Shown in pieces: positions 35,331 to 42,984 of a DNA stretch of 64,000 nt. Source of the DNA: Candidatus Saccharimonadales bacterium (lineage in GTDB: Bacteria; Patescibacteriota; Saccharimonadia; Saccharimonadales; EFPC-124); assembly GCA_035280845.1 (NCBI GenBank), contig DATEFB010000025.1, positions 740 to 64,739 on the forward strand, written 5' to 3'. The notes under the pieces are model-generated. The model was not told the origin of the DNA. It did not search any database and saw nothing but the letters and a program-made list of their open reading frames with translations. Each line of letters begins with the position of its first letter. Positions within the stretch are counted from its first letter, which is position 1. The position numbers and the translations under genes are program-made.

Positions 35331-35721
35331 GGGCTGCGGGCTTTTTTTGCACGCTGCTCTTGCACAAAAGCGGCAGTACGGCTCATGGAGTCTTTGACTG
35401 TGTCGCCAGTGATGCGGCCGTATAGGTCACAGTAGTAATTCCGTCCTGGCCGAGCGTAACAACAGCATACCCACCGTTTTTGGTATAGTAATTTTGACTG
35501 CGAGAAATTGCACTGCAGATGCCTGGCTATTTTTCTACAGTGTCCATGGGCACGCACGCTGGTGCTGAATCAATAAGGAGGATACACGACGCCGATTCGC
35601 CTGTACTGCAGCATACGCTGTTAACACGAGCAAAGACCAGAGCCGCCAATCCCACCTGGCGGTTTTTGGTTTACGTTATTATGTTCTTGGCAGCCGAACG
35701 CGCTTACGCTACACTACGCTT

Positions 35722-36474
35722 ATGGAACAACTACCTGTTACGCCAGCGCCGGTAAAGCATAAGAATGCGGTGCCGCTGATTGTTATCTTGCTCATTATAA
35801 TAGCGGCACTCGTTGGGGTGCTGATCTGGTGCCTTTTTTATAAGCCACATTCAGGCAGCTCGGGTAGCGGCGGCTCTGGCGGCGGTATTTCTACCACTGG
35901 TGGTGCAAGCGGCCCATGCACGGGCGGCATAGAGAACACATTGCCGGCTGGGTTTTCATTCTACGAGAGCTCAGAGCATAAGTTTAAGTTTGCTTACCCA
36001 AGCGCCTGGGGCTCAGTTGCAATCACGACAACCCCAATGGGAGGTGTCGGCGGTCACTACATGCAGGGTAGTTTCTCGGCCAACACAGCTGTCACGTTTG
36101 GGGGCAATGCTACCGATTATATTGTGCAGGGGCGCGATGGTACCCCAACTGACAACCCAGGTTTCCTGCAAGCCGGAAACAAGTTTTATACCGTCCAAAT
36201 CTGGACCTACCGTGCTGGCCCACCGCCACCCGACGAAGTACAAAACGACCTCTTTTTGCTGGAGGACGTGACCTTGAAGAATGGCTGCAACACCAAAGCG
36301 CTTGTATCGCAGTTCCCGGCAGATATTCTTAACGATGTACCATACGACGTTGCCCGTATTAACCTGCAACCAACCAATCCGTATTATGGCGTTAACTTTG
36401 TCCTTCGGGGGCCAGACGCTACAAACCGTGCTGACTTAGACAAGCTCATTACATCGTTCCAACTTTTGCCGTAA
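35722..36474 (+). CDS. Membrane-anchored extracytoplasmic hypothetical protein with a Gly/Ser linker
   Basis: TM anchor PLIVILLIIIAALVGVLIWCLF followed by SGSSGSGGSGGG and then a globular domain. Confidence 0.55.
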   Translation: MEQLPVTPAPVKHKNAVPLIVILLIIIAALVGVLIWCLFYKPHSGSSGSGGSGGGISTTGGASGPCTGGIENTLPAGFSFYESSEHKFKFAYPSAWGSVAITTTPMGGVGGHYMQGSFSANTAVTFGGNATDYIVQGRDGTPTDNPGFLQAGNKFYTVQIWTYRAGPPPPDEVQNDLFLLEDVTLKNGCNTKALVSQFPADILNDVPYDVARINLQPTNPYYGVNFVLRGPDATNRADLDKLITSFQLLP

Positions 36475-36480
36475 TATGCG

Positions 36481-36499
36481 AAGCCCTCGATCGGGGCTT
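36481..36499. terminator. Short hairpin between convergent genes
   Basis: AAGCCC-TCGATCG-GGGCTT. Confidence 0.3.
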
Positions 36500-36528
36500 G
36501 CATGCAAGGCTCCTTTCGAGGGGAAAAA

Positions 36529-37320
36529 CTACAGGACACCGTGGCGCTTGAGGGCGGCAGCGGTCTGCGCGGGTACGAACTGGGCGTCGTGTCCGATGCC
36601 TTCCAGCAGGAACACCCGGCCTTCGGGCAGGTTGACGAGCGCACTTGCCACGCAGTCGGCCGTAAAGAGCAGGTCGAGCTCGGCGTGCGCCACGTACACC
36701 GGGATGCGCTTTTGCTCCAGGCGTGGCAGCGTTTGTGTGAACAACGGGATGCGGCTGATTGCCAGCCCTTCGGCTGTCGCCCGCACCAGGTTGGTCATGT
36801 AAAACGCTGCACCTCTCCGGCTGTCGCGCATGATACGGCGGACGGCCTCGTCTGGGTGATAACGCAGGTTGTGCATGTCGGCCTGGGCTTTGCGGATCAC
36901 CCGCCTGCCAAGCGGCATGACACCATCGATGTGCACGCATGCCGGGTTGATGAGCACCACTTGTTCTGTGGTGAACACCCGGCCAAATGCCTCGGCCATG
37001 ATCATGACGATTGGCGCGCCCATTGACATGCCGTACAGCCTGACACGACGTACGCCCAGGGCCCGAAGTTCCAGCGCTGCGTGTAACGCCTGCCGGAAGA
37101 ACGCCCGTGGGTATGCCGGATGGTTCCAGAAAATGGTCCTGCCCCACCTGACGGGTTCCACAAAGATGGTGCGGTTGCCGCTTGCGTCTTCCATTGCGGC
37201 GCGCAATCCCTCGAAGCCCCGTCGGCTGGCAAGATACCCGCCAAGAAGGACATCTACGACTGGACCCGGGGCGTTAACCGCTTCTTCGGCGGCCAACGAA
37301 CTCACCTCCTCTAGGTTCAA
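36529..37320 (-). CDS. Alpha/beta-fold hydrolase, GC-rich
   Basis: Nucleophile elbow LYGMSMGA (G-x-S-x-G) and a late GIGHD (His) motif. GC3 bias marks the correct frame. Confidence 0.6.
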   Translation of the reverse strand: MNLEEVSSLAAEEAVNAPGPVVDVLLGGYLASRRGFEGLRAAMEDASGNRTIFVEPVRWGRTIFWNHPAYPRAFFRQALHAALELRALGVRRVRLYGMSMGAPIVMIMAEAFGRVFTTEQVVLINPACVHIDGVMPLGRRVIRKAQADMHNLRYHPDEAVRRIMRDSRRGAAFYMTNLVRATAEGLAISRIPLFTQTLPRLEQKRIPVYVAHAELDLLFTADCVASALVNLPEGRVFLLEGIGHDAQFVPAQTAAALKRHGVL

Positions 37321-37364
37321 ACCACAATCTGTAGTTCAAGGAGGCAATTATACAACTTTTTGTA

Positions 37365-37402
37365 ATAAAAAATAGCCCCGGTTGCAAAAGGGCTATTTTT
37401 TA
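37365..37402 (-). terminator. Rho-independent (sequence-symmetric) terminator
   Basis: ATAGCCC - 11 nt - GGGCTAT, flanked by an A-run and a T-run, directly downstream of the 37412 gene. Confidence 0.65.
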
Positions 37403-37411
37403 ATGCTGGGC

Positions 37412-37681
37412 TTAGGCGCGTTCGGTAATAGCTACCAGCGTCCAGCTGCTTTGTGCGTCGTCGCACTTAAGGCGGTAGTCGGTGTTACCGTCAGTCATAT
37501 CGAAGATACGAGTGATTTCTCCGCCTTTTTTAATAAGGTACTGCAACCCATTTAAGAAGGTGTAAGCTTGGCCGCGGTATTCCATTCGCTTTGGGAACGT
37601 TGTAAAGTCCCGTGTGCTGCGGAATGACAGCGAAGTTATGTTTACGCCTTCGTTAATAGTTCGTCGGTTCATTGCTTTCAT
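37412..37681 (-). CDS. Small hypothetical protein (86-89 aa)
   Basis: ORF between a promoter/long leader and a clean terminator. The start is ambiguous: the ATG at 37681 or at 37672, the latter with AGGA 8 nt upstream. Confidence 0.45.
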   Translation of the reverse strand: MKAMNRRTINEGVNITSLSFRSTRDFTTFPKRMEYRGQAYTFLNGLQYLIKKGGEITRIFDMTDGNTDYRLKCDDAQSSWTLVAITERA

Positions 37682-37922
37682 CCTGTCGAGATTTATCGCT
37701 GTTATTAGCGAACGGGTTTTAAACAGTGACTCTACTTGGCAAGGGATTCATCCAACCGCTCCGAGATGAATCTGGCCCAGGTAAGCCTATGTAGCTTGTC
37801 GGCGCGTCAGCTAACCGTACAAGCGCGAAAGCACCGCCCGGAAGAGGCGGCCTAAGAACTTTTGAGAAAGTTGTTAAAGTCTGAGTGTAAGAAGGTGGCT
37901 CCCACCAGCACACGCATGACTA
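37682..37922 (-). ncRNA. Unclassified structured 5' leader or small RNA candidate (~240 nt)
   Basis: Non-coding stretch downstream of a good promoter. It has at least five local stems: 37745-52/37765-72 (8 bp), 37794-99/37819-24, 37834-38/37846-50, 37857-62/37867-72, 37894-98/37902-06. Confidence 0.3.
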
Positions 37923-37928
37923 ATACCT

Positions 37929-37956
37929 AGTATAAGCAAGATGGCGGGCGGTGCAA
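37929..37956 (-). promoter_or_regulatory. Candidate sigma70-type promoter
   Basis: Minus strand TTGCAC - 16 nt - TATACT. Confidence 0.45.
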
Positions 37957-38069
37957 AGACTTGTTTTTGTGCCAATCTGTGTCGGGCTACCTGTGCATAA
38001 AAAAGCGAACAAACGTTCTGCTTGCATCCGGCTCCAACTAAGCTTTAATTAAGTTTAGAAAGGTGGGAT

Positions 38070-40514
38070 ATGAAAAAATTATCATTTAAAAGGGCTGCCT
38101 TCGGGCACAGAACAACAATTAGTAGAGTGGGTAAGCAAATAGGCGCCGTCATGGGCGTTTTTGTTTTGCTTTTGCAGTACATGGTGCTGCTGGCGCCAGC
38201 GCAGCAGGCGGGGGCAACACCAGTTACCTCGCCGCTGCACGTAAGCACCGACAATAGCCGGTACTTTGCAGATAGCAGTAACAATCCGGTGTACCTGACC
38301 GGGTCGCACACATGGTTAAACCTGGTGGACGCAGGCAACGGCACGCCACCACCGCAAACTGACTACGATGACTACCTGGACTTCGTAGAGAATCACGACG
38401 GTAACTTTTTTAGGCTCTGGACTTGGGAGCAGGCTCGTTGGTCGAACGAGACAACAGACGCAGATTACTGGTTCGACCCACTCCCCTATAATCGGGTGAG
38501 CGGACACGGCACGGCAAACGATGGCGAAAATAAGTTTGACCTGACAAGCTTGAACCAGGATTACTTCGACCGGCTGCGTGAGCGCGTAGAAGACGCTGGC
38601 GACCGCGGTATGTACGTGGCGGTCATGCTGTTCCAGGGGTGGAGTACAGAATGCAAAGGGAGCGGCGGTAGCTGTGGCATTTACTACCAGCCCTTCGACG
38701 GCCACCCTTACAACGCGGCTAACAACATAAATAGCATCGATGGCGACATAGACAACGATGGGGATGGCGAAGAAACGCACCATCTCGCCGATCAGGATGT
38801 AACAGATTTGCAGGAAGCGTACGTGCAGAAGGTTGTCGACACCGTGGGCGACCTCGACAACGTGCTTTACGAAATCTGCAATGAATGTGGCGGCGGTTCC
38901 GACAACCGTGACTGGCAGTACCACATGGTTGACTTCGTGCACAGTTACGAAGACCAGGAATTCAGCATCAACCACCCAGTCGGCATGACTATGCAGTGGC
39001 CAAACGCAAACGTTACTTCGCTTACTAATTCGAACGCCGAGTGGATTTCGTTCGGTGGCAACATTAGCGCCCCTCCAGTAAACGATGGCACCAAAGTGGT
39101 GATTGGCGACACCGACCATGTATGCGGTGTATGTGTTAATAACGAGTGGCCTTGGAAAGCCTTGTTGCGCGGCCAAAACACCACGCACATGGATGTGTAC
39201 GATGGCGCGGGCTATGGCACTGGCGCAGGAAGCATTGGCGACAAACGAAGCGACGCCAGCTGGAATAACATGCGCGACAACATGGGCAAGTCCAAAGAAT
39301 GGGCCAGCCGCATGAACCTGAAATTGGCAGTGCCCTCCACCACCATCTCCTCGACTCAGTTCGCCCTCGTGAATAATGGCACGGCAGCCAGCGACGAATA
39401 CCTTGTATTTGCGCCGAGCGGCGGGAGCAGCTTCACGGTTGACCTTAGTAGTACGTCGGGCAATCTGGACGTTGAATGGCTGAATATCGAAACGCTCACC
39501 ACAAGCGGCGCAAGCCCAGTGGCCGGTGGCAGCAGCTCGCAGTCGTTCACACCCCCAAGTAGCGACACGCATATTTTGTCACTAAGGCAGGATGGCACTG
39601 CTCCGGCAGTGAGCATAACCGCGCCGGGCAATAGCGCCACGGTTTCGGGCAGCTCTGTATCCGTAACTGCGACCGCCAGCGACAATGTGGGCGTGGTCGG
39701 CGTGCAGTTTAAGCTCGATGGTAATAACCTGGGTGCCGAAGACACCTCTTCGCCATATGCGATTACCTGGGATAGCACGGCAGCAAGCGAAGGCGCTCAC
39801 ACCCTGACCGCAGTCGCCCGCGATGCCGCGACGAACCAAACAACAAGCACGACGGTAAACGTCACAGTCGATAACTACCAGGGGCTTGTAGCGGCCTACG
39901 GCTTCAACAATGCCACGACGCCGCGCGCCGATGCGTCGGGCAACGCCTATACGCTGGATTGCGGCACGAATTGCCCAACTCACACTACAACTGGTGGCCA
40001 CAGCAGCTCTGGAGCATACGACTTCTCTGGTACCAATAACTGGCTCGAGATTCCTACCGAATCGCCATTTGACTTTACGACTAACATGACTGTTGAGTTC
40101 TGGTTTAAGAGCCCGGGCTGGACAAAGTCCTGGGAGCAGTTGGTCGCCAAGGGTGATTCCGCCTGGAGCGTCAGCCGGTACGTTTCGTATGACACCATAG
40201 ATTTTAGTACGTTCAATGGTTCTACCTACATCGACAACCACGCCGGTCTTACCGAAACCTACGACGACAACGCCTGGCACCACGCGGCAATGACCTATGA
40301 CGGCACAAACAAAAAAGTCTACGTTGATGGCACGCTCAAAACGACGTATGGGTATTCCCAAACGCTCAATAACAATAGCTATAAAGTGAGCTTGGGGCAC
40401 AACCTCGAATTTACGACCGCGGAGTTTGGCGGTCTGATCGATGACGTGCGTATTTATAACCGTGCGCTTAATTCGACAGAGATTGCCAGCGATATGGCGA
40501 CGCCTGTTAATTAA
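38070..40514 (+). CDS. Secreted multidomain protein: clan GH-A-like TIM-barrel glycosidase-like domain, Ig-like domains, C-terminal LamG (Laminin_G_3-like) domain
   Basis: Signal peptide. N-terminal region resembles DUF4038/GH5-like proteins (YLTGSHTW.., FFRLWTWE). Ig-like repeat ITAPGNSATVSGSSVSVTATASDNVGVVGVQFKLDG. LamG tail WHHAAMTYDG..VYVDG...IDDVRIYNRAL. Confidence 0.6.
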   Translation: MKKLSFKRAAFGHRTTISRVGKQIGAVMGVFVLLLQYMVLLAPAQQAGATPVTSPLHVSTDNSRYFADSSNNPVYLTGSHTWLNLVDAGNGTPPPQTDYDDYLDFVENHDGNFFRLWTWEQARWSNETTDADYWFDPLPYNRVSGHGTANDGENKFDLTSLNQDYFDRLRERVEDAGDRGMYVAVMLFQGWSTECKGSGGSCGIYYQPFDGHPYNAANNINSIDGDIDNDGDGEETHHLADQDVTDLQEAYVQKVVDTVGDLDNVLYEICNECGGGSDNRDWQYHMVDFVHSYEDQEFSINHPVGMTMQWPNANVTSLTNSNAEWISFGGNISAPPVNDGTKVVIGDTDHVCGVCVNNEWPWKALLRGQNTTHMDVYDGAGYGTGAGSIGDKRSDASWNNMRDNMGKSKEWASRMNLKLAVPSTTISSTQFALVNNGTAASDEYLVFAPSGGSSFTVDLSSTSGNLDVEWLNIETLTTSGASPVAGGSSSQSFTPPSSDTHILSLRQDGTAPAVSITAPGNSATVSGSSVSVTATASDNVGVVGVQFKLDGNNLGAEDTSSPYAITWDSTAASEGAHTLTAVARDAATNQTTSTTVNVTVDNYQGLVAAYGFNNATTPRADASGNAYTLDCGTNCPTHTTTGGHSSSGAYDFSGTNNWLEIPTESPFDFTTNMTVEFWFKSPGWTKSWEQLVAKGDSAWSVSRYVSYDTIDFSTFNGSTYIDNHAGLTETYDDNAWHHAAMTYDGTNKKVYVDGTLKTTYGYSQTLNNNSYKVSLGHNLEFTTAEFGGLIDDVRIYNRALNSTEIASDMATPVN

Positions 40515-40542
40515 CGTCTTCTAATAATTCTAATGCTTTTTT

Positions 40543-40576
40543 GCAGGGCTGGCCGCGACCATACGGCCAGCCCTGC
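40543..40576. terminator. Perfect 13-bp GC-rich hairpin between convergent genes (no U-tail)
   Basis: GCAGGGCTGGCCG - 8 nt - CGGCCAGCCCTGC. Confidence 0.45.
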
Positions 40577-40583
40577 ATAATCC

Positions 40584-41243
40584 TTATCCCGTCTGGGAAT
40601 TGGCCTCGCCGTCAGTGTTCGCCAGCTCCGGATGGAGGTTGACCAGCGCCAGGAACGACGTCAGGGGGTCGGCAGCGGCGTCGGGCGTAAGCCTGACGTA
40701 GAAGTGCGCGTTGAATCCCTTGGCCTCATAGAACACGCTGTCCGGTATGCATAGCTCGCTCTGGCGCAGCGCCGCCACGAAGGCGTCGTACTCTGGCTCA
40801 GGGTTCTCCCGGTCCAGGGTGCGCCACGTGGTGCACTCCAGCACGATGGTGGTGTGCGTGTCAGGGGCGCTGTCCTCCAGACGGAACTCAATCCCCGACG
40901 CATCGTCTTCTGGCGTGTTGTACCAGAACTCCGGCGGGTCGAATTCGTACAGACCGTGGAGCGCTTCCAGCACCAGGCCGATCGCGACCATCAGGTGCTT
41001 GCTGCGGACCCAGAAGTACGACAGGTCGTCGCCCTCGTGGATGACGGGCATCCGGAAGGACGACAGGCGACCCTCGATTGTCTCCAGCTCTCCGGCTGGC
41101 CACTCGACCACTGAGCACTTGAACCTTTTGCGGCCCCGTCGTTCTTCGGGCTTGGGTTCGAACGACAGGGTGAAATGACCCTTGTCGTATCCCAGGTCAG
41201 TGAACAGCGACACGGAGCTCAGACTCGCAACATGGCGTGCCAT
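40584..41243 (-). CDS. Hypothetical protein A of the SPFH island (219 aa), paralogous C-terminal domain with 42292-42867
   Basis: ATG at 41243 with GAGGAAGG 5 nt upstream. GC3-saturated. The C-terminal ~90 aa align by eye with the other flanking gene. Confidence 0.6.
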   Translation of the reverse strand: MARHVASLSSVSLFTDLGYDKGHFTLSFEPKPEERRGRKRFKCSVVEWPAGELETIEGRLSSFRMPVIHEGDDLSYFWVRSKHLMVAIGLVLEALHGLYEFDPPEFWYNTPEDDASGIEFRLEDSAPDTHTTIVLECTTWRTLDRENPEPEYDAFVAALRQSELCIPDSVFYEAKGFNAHFYVRLTPDAAADPLTSFLALVNLHPELANTDGEANSQTG

Positions 41244-41378
41244 AACAACCTTCCTCGGTAGGATATGGTAATTATACAGAAATAGTTTATGAAACAATGA
41301 TTATCCTATTTATTGTGGTTGGCCAAACATTCTGTTTTAATTAATATCCGTCATGCCGTCTACACAAGGAAGGTTGGC

Positions 41379-42155
41379 ATGGGATTTCTTCCCGAGCTCC
41401 TGAGCACGATCCTGGTGCCCGTCCTGGGCGCTCTGGTGAGTGTGGCCAAGGGCATCAAGTTCGTGCCCGAGGGCCAGCGCGGTATCAAACTGCGCTTCGG
41501 CAAGGCTGTGCGCCACAAGACGGGACCGCTCAAGGGCCAGCCGAAGGTGATCGAGCCGGGTCTCCGGCTGCTGATTCCCTTCGTCGACACCCTCGTGCGG
41601 CGCCACGTCCGTCAGCAGACCATCCGGTCCGAGGACCAGGAAATCATGCTGAAGGACCGTTCCGTCTTCCGCATCAGTGCGGTCACCATCTTCAGGGTGA
41701 CCGACGTCTACCGCGCGCTGTTCGAGATCGACGACCTGGACGACTCCGTCGACGACTTCTGCATGGCGGTGCTCCGCGATTTTCTCTCCGTGAAGGACGC
41801 GGACGGCATCGCCGACACCCAGCAGATCTCTAAGGAGCTGCTCCAACTCCTGGTCGCCAAGGCCGAGGAGTGGGGCGTCGAGTTCATCTCGTTCCGCCTG
41901 ACGGACTGCTCGCCGACCAGCCAAACGGCTGAGCTGCTGCTCACCAAGACGCTGGCGTCGCGCAAGATGGAGGCGCTCAACGCGGCCGCGAAAGAAGCGG
42001 GCACAACCCTGAACGACCTGGATCCCACCCTCGCAGCTGCCATCATCGGTGTGCCGGTGGCGGCCAGCATCGGCGCCCGACGCGGGCGCAGGCGTACGGT
42101 GGATGCCACGGGGAAGGTGATCTCTTCCGACGAGTACGACGAATTCGACGACTGA
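41379..42155 (+). CDS. SPFH/Band-7 (stomatin/prohibitin-like) domain membrane protein
   Basis: N-terminal TM LLSTILVPVLGALVSV. SPFH pattern VPEGQRGIKLRFGK...VIEPGLRLLIPFVDT..., followed by a coiled-coil and an acidic tail. AAGGAAGG lies 5 nt upstream of the ATG at 41379. Confidence 0.75.
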   Translation: MGFLPELLSTILVPVLGALVSVAKGIKFVPEGQRGIKLRFGKAVRHKTGPLKGQPKVIEPGLRLLIPFVDTLVRRHVRQQTIRSEDQEIMLKDRSVFRISAVTIFRVTDVYRALFEIDDLDDSVDDFCMAVLRDFLSVKDADGIADTQQISKELLQLLVAKAEEWGVEFISFRLTDCSPTSQTAELLLTKTLASRKMEALNAAAKEAGTTLNDLDPTLAAAIIGVPVAASIGARRGRRRTVDATGKVISSDEYDEFDD

Positions 42156-42174
42156 CCGTCGTCGGCTGACAAAA

Positions 42175-42215
42175 GACCGTTCCGGGCGCGCGCACTGTGC
42201 TCGCCCGGAACGGTC
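42175..42215 (+). terminator. Perfect 14-bp GC-rich hairpin after the SPFH gene
   Basis: GACCGTTCCGGGCG - 13 nt - CGCCCGGAACGGTC. Confidence 0.55.
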
Positions 42216-42250
42216 CCACTTTCCACGTTATTATTTTCGAGTGTAGATCA

Positions 42251-42279
42251 GGGGTGCGGCCAGTATTGCACCGCACCCC
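42251..42279 (-). terminator. 9-bp GC-rich hairpin after the 42867 gene
   Basis: GGGGTGCGG - 11 nt - CCGCACCCC. Confidence 0.45.
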
Positions 42280-42291
42280 CAGTTGTTTCCG

Positions 42292-42867
42292 TCACCCACC
42301 GGCTTTCACCTGCACGAACAGGTCTGCCAGCGCCAGGAAGGTCGCTTCCCGCTGTTCGGCCGCCTGTGCAGTGAGCGTGACGTCCACGTCTCCGAACCTC
42401 AGGGGTTGGGCATGTTCGCACAGGTCTGATGCCCTGAGCGCGGCCAGGTAGGCCAGTTGCACAGGACCTTCGCGGTTGTACCCGGGCAGCACCGTGAGAC
42501 TGGTTGAACCGTGGTCGTCCTCCAGGATCGTGAACGGGTCGCAACGAGGCCCATTCCAGGTTTCGTAGACGTGCATAATGTGCGCCCTGTGTTTGCGGCG
42601 GAACAGCGACTCAAAAAGTTCTGCCGCTGCAAACTGGGTTTCTACACGAAGCGCGAAAACGAACTCGCTAGACTCCCCTTCTGTCTTTGTGCGTTCTGCG
42701 TTGTCGGGCAGAAGCTTCAAGACCCTGTCGTAAGAGGCTTGTGGCACGGTTATGGTGCATTCGAACGTGCCCGACTTGGGTTTGATGACGCACGAGGCGA
42801 CTTCCTCGCCGTCGCTGTCCGACATCGAGATGTCTACGGACCGCAAGTGCGCCTTGGTTGTACTCAA
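42292..42867 (-). CDS. Hypothetical protein C of the SPFH island (191 aa), paralog of 40584-41243
   Basis: Shared segments: FTILEDDHGSTSLTVL / FRLEDSAPDTHTTIVL; QLAYLAALRASDLC / YDAFVAALRQSELC; ATFLALADL / TSFLALVNL. Confidence 0.6.
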   Translation of the reverse strand: MSTTKAHLRSVDISMSDSDGEEVASCVIKPKSGTFECTITVPQASYDRVLKLLPDNAERTKTEGESSEFVFALRVETQFAAAELFESLFRRKHRAHIMHVYETWNGPRCDPFTILEDDHGSTSLTVLPGYNREGPVQLAYLAALRASDLCEHAQPLRFGDVDVTLTAQAAEQREATFLALADLFVQVKAGG

Positions 42868-42984
42868 TGTCCCTCCGTTGGTAGACGTATGGAAATTATA
42901 ACAAATTGTTGTGTAGCATATAAGACGTCATTGTGCTAAAATACAGATAAGAAGGCTGCGCGTATAAGCGCTTTTATTTTACCC

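Noticed and set aside
35327-35755. ORFs of 76 aa (minus) and 78 aa (plus) in the 390-bp gap after the 444-aa gene, and a possible terminator hairpin near 35640-35670.
   Set aside because: The products are Cys/Arg-rich or low-complexity with no RBS. The hairpin (GCCGCCA/TGGCGGT plus a T-run) has no obvious upstream gene, so there is not enough evidence for a feature.
36449-37375. ORFs of 232 aa (minus), 174 aa and 168 aa (plus) overlapping the alpha/beta hydrolase gene.
   Set aside because: Same GC-rich shadow-ORF effect. Only the 36529-37320 frame has a hydrolase nucleophile elbow and sensible composition.
37682-37922. Assigning the structured leader to SRP RNA. I noted CCGGAAGAGGCGGCC versus the CCGGAAGGAAGCAGCC core, and GUGCUGGUGGGAG versus the Bacillus Alu-domain start. 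I also considered 6S, RNase P, tmRNA, T-box and the ZTP, TPP, fluoride, M-box and c-di-AMP riboswitches.
   Set aside because: The two SRP-like strings lie on opposite strands. The putative helix-8 hairpin is fully paired and lacks the conserved internal loops. No other family's core motifs are present. It is therefore left as unclassified.
38316-40400. Long antisense ORFs (418 aa and 272 aa) opposite the 814-aa secreted protein gene.
   Set aside because: No recognisable motifs and unusual Val/Ala/His-rich composition. The sense frame has a signal peptide plus Ig-like and LamG motifs.
40543-40576. Calling the 13-bp perfect hairpin a canonical rho-independent terminator.
   Set aside because: The T-run lies 5' of the stem on the plus strand, so neither orientation has a U-tail. 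It is kept as a tail-less hairpin or island boundary.
41337-42226. Antisense ORFs of 195 aa and 172 aa across the SPFH gene.
   Set aside because: They lie antisense to a gene with a clear SPFH domain and have low-complexity Arg/Ala/Ser-rich products.
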